Origin: Candidatus Latescibacterota bacterium
GTDB taxonomy: Bacteria; Latescibacterota; UBA2968; UBA8231
Reading direction: 5' to 3'
NCBI GenBank assembly: GCA_965221775.1
Contig: CBDCSU010000006.1
Coordinates: 1,856,001 to 1,920,000 of the forward strand
Length of the DNA stretch: 64,000 nucleotides
This document shows positions 50,045 to 58,471 of the stretch, piece by piece; the first letter of the stretch is position 1; every line of letters starts with the position of its first letter. The translations under genes and the position numbers were made by a program. The notes under the pieces were generated by a model that made no database searches, was not told the origin of the DNA, and saw only the letters and a list, made by a program, of their open reading frames with translations.

Positions 50045-51547
50045 GTGACACGAGTGGTTCACGAGCCGGCACGGGAGGTGCCGGTCCTTCACGACACCGA
50101 GGTGCTGGTGGCGGGAGCCGGGATCGCCGGCCTATACGCGGCTCTCGAAGCCGCCGCCCACGGGGCGCGCACGACCCTGGTCGACGAGTACTCCACCGTG
50201 GGCGGCAACTACGGCCCCGGCCTGGGGTCGCGCCACGACCTCTGGCAGAGCCCGCGGCTTCACGAGCGCGGGCTGGGCGGGCAGGTGGGTGACTTCCTGG
50301 CCGAGCTGGACCGCCGCGGCGGCATCCGCACCTTCGACTTCATCAGCGGCGGCGACAACGTGCCGTGGCGGTGGAACGGCATGGCGCCGATCCCGGTGAT
50401 CGACCGCAACGAGTTCCAACGCCTCGCCCTGCAGCGCCTGCGGGAACTGGATGTGTCGCTGCTGCTGTCGACCACGGTGGCAGGGGCGATCGTCGAGGAC
50501 GGCGCTGTCCGCGGCGTCTTCGTGGAGACCCCCGACGGCCGCCGCGCGGTGCTGGCCCGGGTGGTGGTCGACACCACGGGGGAGGCCGACGTGGCCGCCG
50601 CCGCCGGCGCCGAGATCGATGAGCGCCACGCCAGCGACGAGTCCGGCATGGGCCTGTTCTTCCGCGTCGAGGGGGTGGACTGGGAGGAGTACGAGGCGTT
50701 CCGGGCCCGCGAGCGGGACAAGCCCCTGTCCGCTGGCGAGCAGCGCTGGGTCGACGAGGTGCTGGTCGAGGCGATGCAGATGGTCTGGAAGAACTACCCC
50801 CGGGAGCTGCTGCCCTTCATCATGGCGGACTGGGAGTCCGGCGCCTTCCGCTACGTGGCGCCGGTGCCGGGCGGGGCCTACGCCTACAAGATCCCCTTCG
50901 GGACCCACGACCAGGACGTGACCACCGTCGAGGTGCGCTGGCCGGCGGGCCGGCTGTCGGTCCTCAACGCCCTGGACCGCTCCACCATCGAGGCGGCGGC
51001 GCGCCAGCAGGCCTACGACACGATCGACTTCTACAGCCGCCACGTCCCCGGCTTCGGCGAGGCGCGGGTGAGCCAGACGGCCCCCTACATGGGCAACCGC
51101 TGGAGCCGCACCATCGTCCCCGACTACACCCTCACCGAGAAGGACATCGTCGACGAACGCAGGTTCGACGACGTGGTCCACGTGCTCACCACCCTCTACA
51201 AGTACGACGAGGAGGCCCGGCGCGGGGGCCGCACGCGGCGGCTCATCGATCTGAAGAACCGCGAGGAGGGCCACTTCTTCGACATGCCGCTGCGGCAGTT
51301 CATGCCCCGGGGGGTGGAGGGCCTGCTCGCCGCCGGCCGGTCGATCGGCCGGGAGCGCACCGCCAGCCTGCGCTGGCGCTGGATCGCCAAGGTCACCGGG
51401 GGCGTGGCCGGCATGGCGGCGGCGGAGGCCGCCGCCGCCGGGGTCTCGCCGCGGGAGGTGGACATCCGCTCCCTGCAGCGGGCCCTGGTGAAGGCCGGCT
51501 ACTACCTGGGCGAGCCGGATCGCCTGGGGGAGCTCGGGATCGCGTGA
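50045..51547 (+). CDS. FAD-dependent oxidoreductase (FAD_oxidored family)
   Basis: VLVAGAGIAG, VVDTTGEADVA, VPGF..A, LLAAGRSI; GTG after GAGGAGG. Confidence 0.88.
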   Translation: MTRVVHEPAREVPVLHDTEVLVAGAGIAGLYAALEAAAHGARTTLVDEYSTVGGNYGPGLGSRHDLWQSPRLHERGLGGQVGDFLAELDRRGGIRTFDFISGGDNVPWRWNGMAPIPVIDRNEFQRLALQRLRELDVSLLLSTTVAGAIVEDGAVRGVFVETPDGRRAVLARVVVDTTGEADVAAAAGAEIDERHASDESGMGLFFRVEGVDWEEYEAFRARERDKPLSAGEQRWVDEVLVEAMQMVWKNYPRELLPFIMADWESGAFRYVAPVPGGAYAYKIPFGTHDQDVTTVEVRWPAGRLSVLNALDRSTIEAAARQQAYDTIDFYSRHVPGFGEARVSQTAPYMGNRWSRTIVPDYTLTEKDIVDERRFDDVVHVLTTLYKYDEEARRGGRTRRLIDLKNREEGHFFDMPLRQFMPRGVEGLLAAGRSIGRERTASLRWRWIAKVTGGVAGMAAAEAAAAGVSPREVDIRSLQRALVKAGYYLGEPDRLGELGIA

Positions 51548-51622
51548 GATAGCCCCGGGCCGGAACGGCTCCCCCGGGGCGGCCGCCTCGCCCGGCCCCG
51601 CCGGCCGTTCTATTATGACGAC

Positions 51623-52654
51623 ATGAACTCACCGGACGGCGGCCCCGTGAACGTCACCCTGCGCCGCCGGCTCATCTACTTCTTCCCGCTGCCCGTCCTC
51701 TTCGGGTCCCTGCTCCTCGGGCCCTCGGCGAGCGCCGAGGCGGGTAAGATCCTCGCCTGGCTCTGGGGTCTGGCCTTCGGCGAGGGGGCCGCCGCCGGCG
51801 AGGAGTCGCTGGTGGGCATGATCGTCCTGGACGTGCGGCTGCCGCGCATCCTCCTCACCTTCCTCGTGGGCGGGTCCCTGGCGGCGGCCGGCAACGCCCT
51901 GCAGGCGCTGTTCCGCAACCCCCTCGTGGCCCCCTACATCCTCGGCCTCTCCTCGGGGGCCGCCTTCGGCGCCGCCCTGGCCCTGACCCTGCCGCTGCTG
52001 CCGGTGCAGCCGACGGCCTTCGCCTTCGCCCTTCTCGCCGTCGGCCTCGCCTACTTCCTGGCCCGCACCCGCAAGACCGTGTCGGTGGTCTCCCTGATCC
52101 TGTCGGGGGTGATCGTCACCGGCATCTTCACCGCCCTGCTGACGATCGTGCAGTTCCTCACCGACCCCTACAAGCTGCAGACGATCGTCCACTGGACCAT
52201 GGGCAACCTGCACAACTCGAGCTGGGCCAAGCTGCGCTCGGCGGCCCCCGGTGTGACCGTCGGCGTGGTCTGGCTCTTCCTGTTCCGCTGGCGCATGAAC
52301 GTGCTGGCCCAGGGCGACGAGGAGGCCCGGGCCGTGGGTCTCAACCCCGAACGCGAGCGGGTGCTGATCCTGGTGCCGGCCACCCTGGCCGCGTCGGCGG
52401 CGATCGCCGTGGCCGGGGTCATCGGCATGATCGGCCTGGCGGTCCCGCACATGGTGCGCATGCTGCTGGGGCCGGACAACCGCCACACCCTGCCGGCCTC
52501 CTTCGCCTTCGGCGGGGCTTTCCTGCTGCTGGTCGACACCGTTTCGCGGACGCTGGCCGCCTTCGAGATCCCGGTGGGGGTCTTCACCACCCTTCTCGGC
52601 GGGCCGTTCTTCATCTTCCTCCTCAAGAAGGCGCGGATCGGATGGGAGAGCTAG
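51623..52654 (+). CDS. FecCD/BtuC family ABC transporter permease
   Basis: RLPRILL, LQALFRNPL..P..LG.SSGA, G.EEA.AVG, IG.IGL.VPH..R, EIPVG..T.LLGGPFF. Confidence 0.94.
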   Translation: MNSPDGGPVNVTLRRRLIYFFPLPVLFGSLLLGPSASAEAGKILAWLWGLAFGEGAAAGEESLVGMIVLDVRLPRILLTFLVGGSLAAAGNALQALFRNPLVAPYILGLSSGAAFGAALALTLPLLPVQPTAFAFALLAVGLAYFLARTRKTVSVVSLILSGVIVTGIFTALLTIVQFLTDPYKLQTIVHWTMGNLHNSSWAKLRSAAPGVTVGVVWLFLFRWRMNVLAQGDEEARAVGLNPERERVLILVPATLAASAAIAVAGVIGMIGLAVPHMVRMLLGPDNRHTLPASFAFGGAFLLLVDTVSRTLAAFEIPVGVFTTLLGGPFFIFLLKKARIGWES

Positions 52655-53415
52655 CGCCGGCGATCCAGATCGAGGGGCTCTCCTTCGCCTACGAGGGACG
52701 GCCGATCCTCAACGGCGTCTCCGTGGAGGTCCCCGAGGGCGAGTTCACCGTTCTCCTCGGCAAGAACGGCAGCGGCAAGTCGACGCTCATGCGCATCGTC
52801 GGCGGCATGCTCGAGTTCGAGAGCGGCGAGGTGCGGATCATGGGGGAGGAGCTGCTCTCCTTCTCGAGCCGGGGGCGGGCCAAGGTCCTCGGCTACCTGC
52901 CCCAGCACCACCGGCCGGTCTTCCCCTTCGCCGTGGAGGACGTGGTGCTCACCGGGCGCGCCAGCTACGTGAGCTACGCGCCCAAGAAGGAGGACCTGGA
53001 GATCGCCGTCGACGCCCTGGCGCGAGTCGGCATCCTGCACCTCAGGGAGCGCCCCTACACCGAGCTGTCGGGGGGCGAGCAGCAGATGGTGCGCATCGCC
53101 CGCGTCCTGGCCCAGCAGCCGAGGGTCATCCTCCTCGACGAGCCGACCTCCCATCTCGACTTCCTCAACTCGGCCCACCTCCTGCGCCTGATCCGCGAGC
53201 TGGTGGACACGGGCCTCACGGTCCTCGCCGTCCTCCACGACCCGAACAGCGCCTTCCTCTACGGCGACCACTTCATCTTTCTGAAGGACGGCGTGGTGGA
53301 GCGACTGCCGGCGGCCGAGCGCCCCTGGGACCGGGAGTTCCTCGAGCGCATCTACGACACCGGCATGGACTCGATCCCCTACGGCGACCGCGCCCTGGTG
53401 GTGCCCAAGGGCTGA
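52642..53415 (+). CDS. Iron-siderophore/cobalamin ABC transporter ATP-binding protein
   Basis: GKNGSGKST, LSGGEQQ, LLDEPTSHLD, VLHD. Confidence 0.94.
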   Translation: MGELAPAIQIEGLSFAYEGRPILNGVSVEVPEGEFTVLLGKNGSGKSTLMRIVGGMLEFESGEVRIMGEELLSFSSRGRAKVLGYLPQHHRPVFPFAVEDVVLTGRASYVSYAPKKEDLEIAVDALARVGILHLRERPYTELSGGEQQMVRIARVLAQQPRVILLDEPTSHLDFLNSAHLLRLIRELVDTGLTVLAVLHDPNSAFLYGDHFIFLKDGVVERLPAAERPWDREFLERIYDTGMDSIPYGDRALVVPKG

Positions 53416-53417
53416 GC

Positions 53418-56165
53418 CTAGCGCAGCAGCAGCATCCGCCGTGTGCGCTCGCGGTCGCCGGCCTGCAGCCGCACGAGGTAGACCCCCGTAGCCGCCGGCT
53501 GTCCGTCCTCGTCCCGCCCGTCCCAGCGGACGCGGTGAGCGCCGGCCCGCCGGTTGTCCCGAACCAGCCGGCGCACCTCCTGGCCCACCAGGTTCACCAC
53601 CGCCAGACGCACCGGGCCCGCCTCCGCCAGCTCGAAGGGGATCACCGTGCCGCCGTTGAAGGGGTTCGGGTGGTTGGCGTGCAGGGCGAACCTGGTGGGC
53701 AGAGACGGGCCCGGAGGGGCCGCCGCCAGCCGCGCCGGGATGCGGCCGTCGTTGAAGAGGATGCGGGACACCGAGGCCCCGCCGCCCAGGCCCGCTCCTC
53801 CCAGCGGGCGGAGGCGGAAGAGCTCTCCGGGGCCTCGGGCCGACCTTGCGCCGGCCAGGACGACGCGCAGGCCATGGGGGTCTCCAACCCCGGGGGCCGC
53901 CTCCGAGGCGAGCAGGAACCCCGGAAGGTCAGGGGCCGGCTCGAGTCGGGCCTCCACCTCTTCCTGCCATTGCACCAGAACGTCTCCCGAGACGATCCCG
54001 GAGCGCTCGTCCAGCCACAGGGCCAGGTGGTCGCCGCGGTGACGCAGCTCCAGCTGGCGTTCCACCGCCAGGGGGCGCCCGGCCGCGGAACTCGACTCCG
54101 CAGGGGGATCCGGCGTGGGCGGGGGGTGGTTGACGGCCACCGGCTCCTGCACCGGAAAGCGGCTCAGCAGGCCGACCCGTTGCTGCAGGACGAGGGCGGC
54201 GTCGAAGGGAGTGATGGCGCCGAATGGAGCGAGGGAGTCGACGTTGGCGGCGAGGGAGTCGCGCTCCGTCAGCAGGGGACCGAGCACGTGGTTGAGGATG
54301 CGGGAGGCGTCATAGGCTTGCAGCCGGGCGTTGGCGTCGGCGTCGCCGAAGAGGCCGAGGACGTAGGTGGTGTCGGCGACGACGGTCTCCCCGCCCGCGG
54401 TGGTATGGAGGTCCTGGTAGGTCTGCCGGAGGGTGTCGCCCCCGGCGACCGGGAGGTGGGGGCCGCCGCTCTCGGCAGCGGTCACCAGGTGGCCGAAGAA
54501 CACGCTGTCGCTCAGATCGGTCTCCACGAGGGGTACGGACCGGGTCTCGGTGCCGATGGCGGTGGTGACGGAGGCGGTGTCCACGGCGCCGGGCCGCTGG
54601 TTGACGTCGGCGTCGATCAGCCTCATCCACAGGGTGTCCCCCGGCTCGGCGACGACGGTGGCGTCCAGCCGGCCGTCGTGGGCGGGCACGGTCAGCAGCG
54701 AGCAGCGGCGGGTGGTGGCGCCGGCCGCGTCGAGGGAGTCGTCGAAGCAGAGCTGCAGCAGGTGGCCGGGCAGGGTCTTGATGGAGTCGCCGCCGAAGAG
54801 GGTCTCCTCCGTCGCGTCGGGGTCCCTGTAGAGGATGGCCACGCGGCTGGCGAAGGTCCCCGAGGAGGGGGCGGTCTCGACCGCCTTCAGGGTATCGGCC
54901 TTCCCGATCTCCTTGGCGGCGGGACCCTGTCCGAGGGTGACGGCGAGGGTGTCCGGCGTCTCCGGATCGCGGTCCACGTCGGGGTCGGTGATGGCGATGT
55001 GCAGGGAGTCGTGCATGACGATCCGGGAGGGGGTGGTGACCAGCCGGGCATCGGAACCGACGAGAGTGACGGCGCCGTCCTCCGTGCCGGCGGGCAGTCC
55101 GCCGTCGTTGAGGGCGAGGTGCTCGATGGTCATGTCCGTGGTGGCGGGGCGGCGCAGGTCGGCGACCACGAAGAGCGCCCGTACGAGGGTGCCGTCCTCG
55201 TCGACGGCGTCCGTATCGGTGGCCATGGCGATCCGCAGGGTGTCGACATCGGCGCCGTTGCCCTCCAGGGAGTTGCTGGCCAGTTGCCAGTGGCGGGAGT
55301 CGACGAGATCCGCGGGCTCCACGTCCACCGGAGACAGCAGACCGCCGTCGTAGGAGAGGAACACCTCGGTGGCCAGTACGCCGCCTTCGCCGGCATCGGT
55401 GAAGCGCACGGGGACCGCGAGGGTGTCTCCCCCGAAGGCGGTGGTGTCGGGCAGGGAGACGGTGAAGCCGGCCTCGCCTCCGGTTCCGACTCCCGTGGAA
55501 GGTCCGCTGCCGGGGGTGGGCACCTCGAGGAGGGAGAAGTCGGCGGCGTTGTCGCCGGTGTCGGTGCCGGCGGCGTCCCTGGACAGGCTCTGGCCGGCCG
55601 GCGTCGTGGGCGCCGGCGTTCCCTCCCCCGCGTTGTGTTCGCCGGCATCGCCGTACTGCAGGGCGTCGACGATTCTGTCGTTCTCGTCGAGGAGCTGCAC
55701 CGCGTCCGGGCCGTTCTGCCAGTCCACCGAGCCCTCCACGTCGCGCACCGCCGCCAGTTCGGCGTTGGCGCTGGCGGTGGCGACCACGAGGATCCCGTCC
55801 GCCGGGATGGCGGCGCCGCTGAGATCGACGCTGCGGTAGGAGGCCCCCGAGCCGCCGTTGATGCCGACGAGGGACCAGCCTTCCAGGGAAGTGCCCGCGG
55901 GGCCGGCGAGCTCGGTGAAGACGCCTGCGGCGTCGGTGCCGGCGGCGTCGTAGAGAAGCTCCTGGATCCGCACCTGGCCTTGTGCGGGGGAAGCGGAGAG
56001 GGCCGCCACGGCGGCCACCGCGGCGCCGACGACGAGACCCGCGGCCCCCGGAGGGCGGCGTGTCGGGCGATGGGCCGGCCGCCGGCGGAGGGGGGGCCGC
56101 GGGCGGCGGGGTCGGCGGCGGCTCCACATGCTGAAGTCGATGAGGGGGAGATGGGCGCGCGTCAT
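53418..56165 (-). CDS. Large secreted protein: lamin-tail domain, cohesin-like, repeated Ig-like, dockerin-like and FlgD-Ig domains
   Basis: IQELLYD..G.D...F.EL ... QNGPDAVQL ... PTPG (LTD); VSLPD....GDT..VPV; GDADAN...AYDASRIL / ANVD....ITPFDAALVLQ; NHPNPFN...WDGRD..G...ATGVYL; AAGGAGG RBS. Confidence 0.82.
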   Translation of the reverse strand: MTRAHLPLIDFSMWSRRRPRRPRPPLRRRPAHRPTRRPPGAAGLVVGAAVAAVAALSASPAQGQVRIQELLYDAAGTDAAGVFTELAGPAGTSLEGWSLVGINGGSGASYRSVDLSGAAIPADGILVVATASANAELAAVRDVEGSVDWQNGPDAVQLLDENDRIVDALQYGDAGEHNAGEGTPAPTTPAGQSLSRDAAGTDTGDNAADFSLLEVPTPGSGPSTGVGTGGEAGFTVSLPDTTAFGGDTLAVPVRFTDAGEGGVLATEVFLSYDGGLLSPVDVEPADLVDSRHWQLASNSLEGNGADVDTLRIAMATDTDAVDEDGTLVRALFVVADLRRPATTDMTIEHLALNDGGLPAGTEDGAVTLVGSDARLVTTPSRIVMHDSLHIAITDPDVDRDPETPDTLAVTLGQGPAAKEIGKADTLKAVETAPSSGTFASRVAILYRDPDATEETLFGGDSIKTLPGHLLQLCFDDSLDAAGATTRRCSLLTVPAHDGRLDATVVAEPGDTLWMRLIDADVNQRPGAVDTASVTTAIGTETRSVPLVETDLSDSVFFGHLVTAAESGGPHLPVAGGDTLRQTYQDLHTTAGGETVVADTTYVLGLFGDADANARLQAYDASRILNHVLGPLLTERDSLAANVDSLAPFGAITPFDAALVLQQRVGLLSRFPVQEPVAVNHPPPTPDPPAESSSAAGRPLAVERQLELRHRGDHLALWLDERSGIVSGDVLVQWQEEVEARLEPAPDLPGFLLASEAAPGVGDPHGLRVVLAGARSARGPGELFRLRPLGGAGLGGGASVSRILFNDGRIPARLAAAPPGPSLPTRFALHANHPNPFNGGTVIPFELAEAGPVRLAVVNLVGQEVRRLVRDNRRAGAHRVRWDGRDEDGQPAATGVYLVRLQAGDRERTRRMLLLR

Positions 56166-56209
56166 TGGCACGGTCCTCCTTGGCCGCGAAGGTGTGGAGT
56201 ATGTGCCGA

Positions 56210-56225
56210 AGCAGCGGGCGTGCCA
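56210..56225 (-). promoter_or_regulatory. sigma54 promoter of the LTD-cohesin-dockerin gene
   Basis: TGGCAC-GCCCG-CTGCT about 45 nt upstream of ATG, correct GG-N10-GC spacing. Confidence 0.6.
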
Positions 56226-56431
56226 GGCCGCCGCCGTGTCGCCTGGCTGGCGCCAACCTCCTGCGGCGGCAGCAGATCGGCAGCCGAGGGGGCTGGCCCG
56301 GGCCGTGCCCGCGGAGGCCGGGTTGGGTGCCCTGGGTGACGGCCTTGTGACCTCCGGGCGACACGGCGGCGCTGCAAGTGCGCCTCCCCGGGGGCCGGGC
56401 GAGAGGCCACCGGCCATCGTCTTGCCTCCCG

Positions 56432-56460
56432 TTGCCGGCGGCCGGACGGGCTTCTATCCT
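56432..56460 (+). promoter_or_regulatory. sigma70 promoter of PhyH gene
   Basis: TTGCCG-17 nt-TATCCT. Confidence 0.55.
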
Positions 56461-56502
56461 GTCAGGCCGCCCAGCCGCGGCATTCAGCCCCCGGAGATCT
56501 CC

Positions 56503-57300
56503 ATGCCAGAAATCGAACCCTACCTGGACCGTCTCGCCGAGGACGGGTTCTGCGTGCTCGAAGAGGTGATCCCCGCCGGCGCCGTCGGCGAGGTCTGCGC
56601 CAGCCTGCAGGCCTCGGTGGAGGAGCACAAGCTCGACGACCCGCGCAGCTACGTGGACAAGGTCTCGGGCACGATCAACGTCGATCAGTCCTTCGCCCCC
56701 TACCTGGTCGAGCCCCGTCTGATGGGGGTGTGCAAGGCGCTCCTGGGCGAGCACGTGCGCGTGTCGTACACCACCTGCATGGTCACCTGGCCGGGAAATC
56801 CGCGCGGCGGCTGGCACGCCGACTGGCCCTTCAATCAGAACAACGCCGGCCACGTGCCGTCCCCCTACCCCGACGCCGTGATGCACCTGACGACGATCTG
56901 GATGCTAACGCCCTTCACCGCCGAGACCGGCACCCGGGTGGTGCCCGGGTCGCACCGGCGCGACGACAACCCCACGGGGGGCGTCGATGTCGATGCGGAC
57001 CGGCCCCATCCGGAGGAGATCTCGGTGGAGGGTGCGGCGGGATCGGTGCTGGTCATGGACAGCCGCCTGTGGCACGCCATCAGCCCCAACGAAACCGGCG
57101 AGCCGCGGGTGGCCATGCCGATCCGCTTCGCCCCCTGGTGGCTGAACCTGGACTCCCTCCGGCCCGAGTCCGACGAGCGTGACCGGCTCACGGCCGGGGG
57201 CCTGTCGGAAAACCGGGTGCCCTTGGTGCCGGCCGGGGTCTTCGCGGGGCTGCCGGAGGAGGTGAAGCCCCTCTTCCGGCACTGGGTGGACGGCTCGTAG
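56503..57300 (+). CDS. Phytanoyl-CoA dioxygenase (PhyH) family protein
   Basis: L.EDGFCVLEEVI, GWHADWPF, TRVVPGSH, DSRLWH...N; GGAG RBS. Confidence 0.9.
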   Translation: MPEIEPYLDRLAEDGFCVLEEVIPAGAVGEVCASLQASVEEHKLDDPRSYVDKVSGTINVDQSFAPYLVEPRLMGVCKALLGEHVRVSYTTCMVTWPGNPRGGWHADWPFNQNNAGHVPSPYPDAVMHLTTIWMLTPFTAETGTRVVPGSHRRDDNPTGGVDVDADRPHPEEISVEGAAGSVLVMDSRLWHAISPNETGEPRVAMPIRFAPWWLNLDSLRPESDERDRLTAGGLSENRVPLVPAGVFAGLPEEVKPLFRHWVDGS

Positions 57301-57321
57301 AGGCCGGGCGGCCTCAGCCCT

Positions 57322-58461
57322 TCAGTCCCACCAGGTCTCGCCTTCGGCGAGGTGGGCCCGCAGCAGCTCCTCGTTCAGTTCCACCCCGATCCCCGGACGG
57401 TCCGGCAGGGTGATGTGACCCCCCTCGACGACGGGGCCGCCCCAGTCGGCGGCGATGTCGTCCCACCAGGGGCAGTCGAGGCCGTGGTGCTCGAGGGCGA
57501 GGAAGTTGGGGGCGTTGGCGCAGACGTGGGCGGAGGCGACCGTGCCCACGGGGGTGCAGATGTTGTGGGGGGCGAAGCCGAGGTGGTGCTGCTCGCACAG
57601 CTCGGCCACCTTGCGGGCCTCCTGGATGCCGCCGAAGCGGGGGATGTCGGGGGTGATGATGTCGGCGGCCCGGCGCTCGATCATCGGCCGCAGTCCGTGG
57701 CTCATCCAGTGGTTCTCGCCGCAGGCGATCGGCACCGACGTGTGGTCGGTGACGTACTTCAGGGCGTCCAGGTCCTCGGGCGGCGTCGGGTCCTCGAGCC
57801 AGAGGATGTCGATGTCCTCCAGCCGGCGGGCCACCCTCAGGGCGTCGGCGGTCTGGTAGCACCAGTGCAGGTCGAGGCACAGCTCGGCGTGGTCGGGCAG
57901 GGCCTCGAACGCGGCGTGGCTCACGGCGCTCATGTAGTCGACCTCGCGCCGCGAGAGGGCGCGGTTGTAGGCGTCGGTGCGGTACTCCGGCGGCGCGCTG
58001 TTGTCGATGTCGACCTTGACCACCGAGTAGCCCGCCTCCACCCGCTCGAGGACGGCGTCCCCGTAGGCCTCGGGCGACCGGTCGCCGGGGCGGCCGGTGT
58101 CGGCGTAGATCCGCACCCGGTCGCGGTACTTGCCCCCGAGCAGCTGCCACAGGGGCAGCCCCGTGATCTTGCCGAGCAGGTCCCACAGGGCCAGCTCCAC
58201 CCCCGACAGGGCGAGGACGATGCTGCCGCCGGTGGACCCGGCGCCGGAGAGGGACCGGTAGATCCCCTGCGCCAGCGGGACCACCTGGCGCGGGTCCTGC
58301 CCGGCGATGATCGGCTCGATGCGCCGCAGGACGTCTTCCACGCCGATGGGCAGCTGCGCCTCGCCGATGCCGCAGACCCCCTCGTCGGTCTCCACCTTGA
58401 CCAGGGTCCAGGTCCAGGGCACCCCCTGGATCCGCATCGACTTGATTCCCGTGATCTTCAT
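57322..58461 (-). CDS. Mandelate racemase/muconate lactonizing enzyme family (acid-sugar dehydratase-like)
   Basis: VKVETDEG..G.GE, ALWDL.GK, KVD, DLH, WLEDP, GEN, PHN, P.RPGIG.E. Confidence 0.92.
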   Translation of the reverse strand: MKITGIKSMRIQGVPWTWTLVKVETDEGVCGIGEAQLPIGVEDVLRRIEPIIAGQDPRQVVPLAQGIYRSLSGAGSTGGSIVLALSGVELALWDLLGKITGLPLWQLLGGKYRDRVRIYADTGRPGDRSPEAYGDAVLERVEAGYSVVKVDIDNSAPPEYRTDAYNRALSRREVDYMSAVSHAAFEALPDHAELCLDLHWCYQTADALRVARRLEDIDILWLEDPTPPEDLDALKYVTDHTSVPIACGENHWMSHGLRPMIERRAADIITPDIPRFGGIQEARKVAELCEQHHLGFAPHNICTPVGTVASAHVCANAPNFLALEHHGLDCPWWDDIAADWGGPVVEGGHITLPDRPGIGVELNEELLRAHLAEGETWWD

Positions 58462-58471
58462 GGCATAGCTC

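Noticed and set aside
51548-51622. Cobalamin riboswitch upstream of the BtuC/FecCD-like permease
   Set aside because: The gap is only 75 nt and has no B12-box-like sequence.
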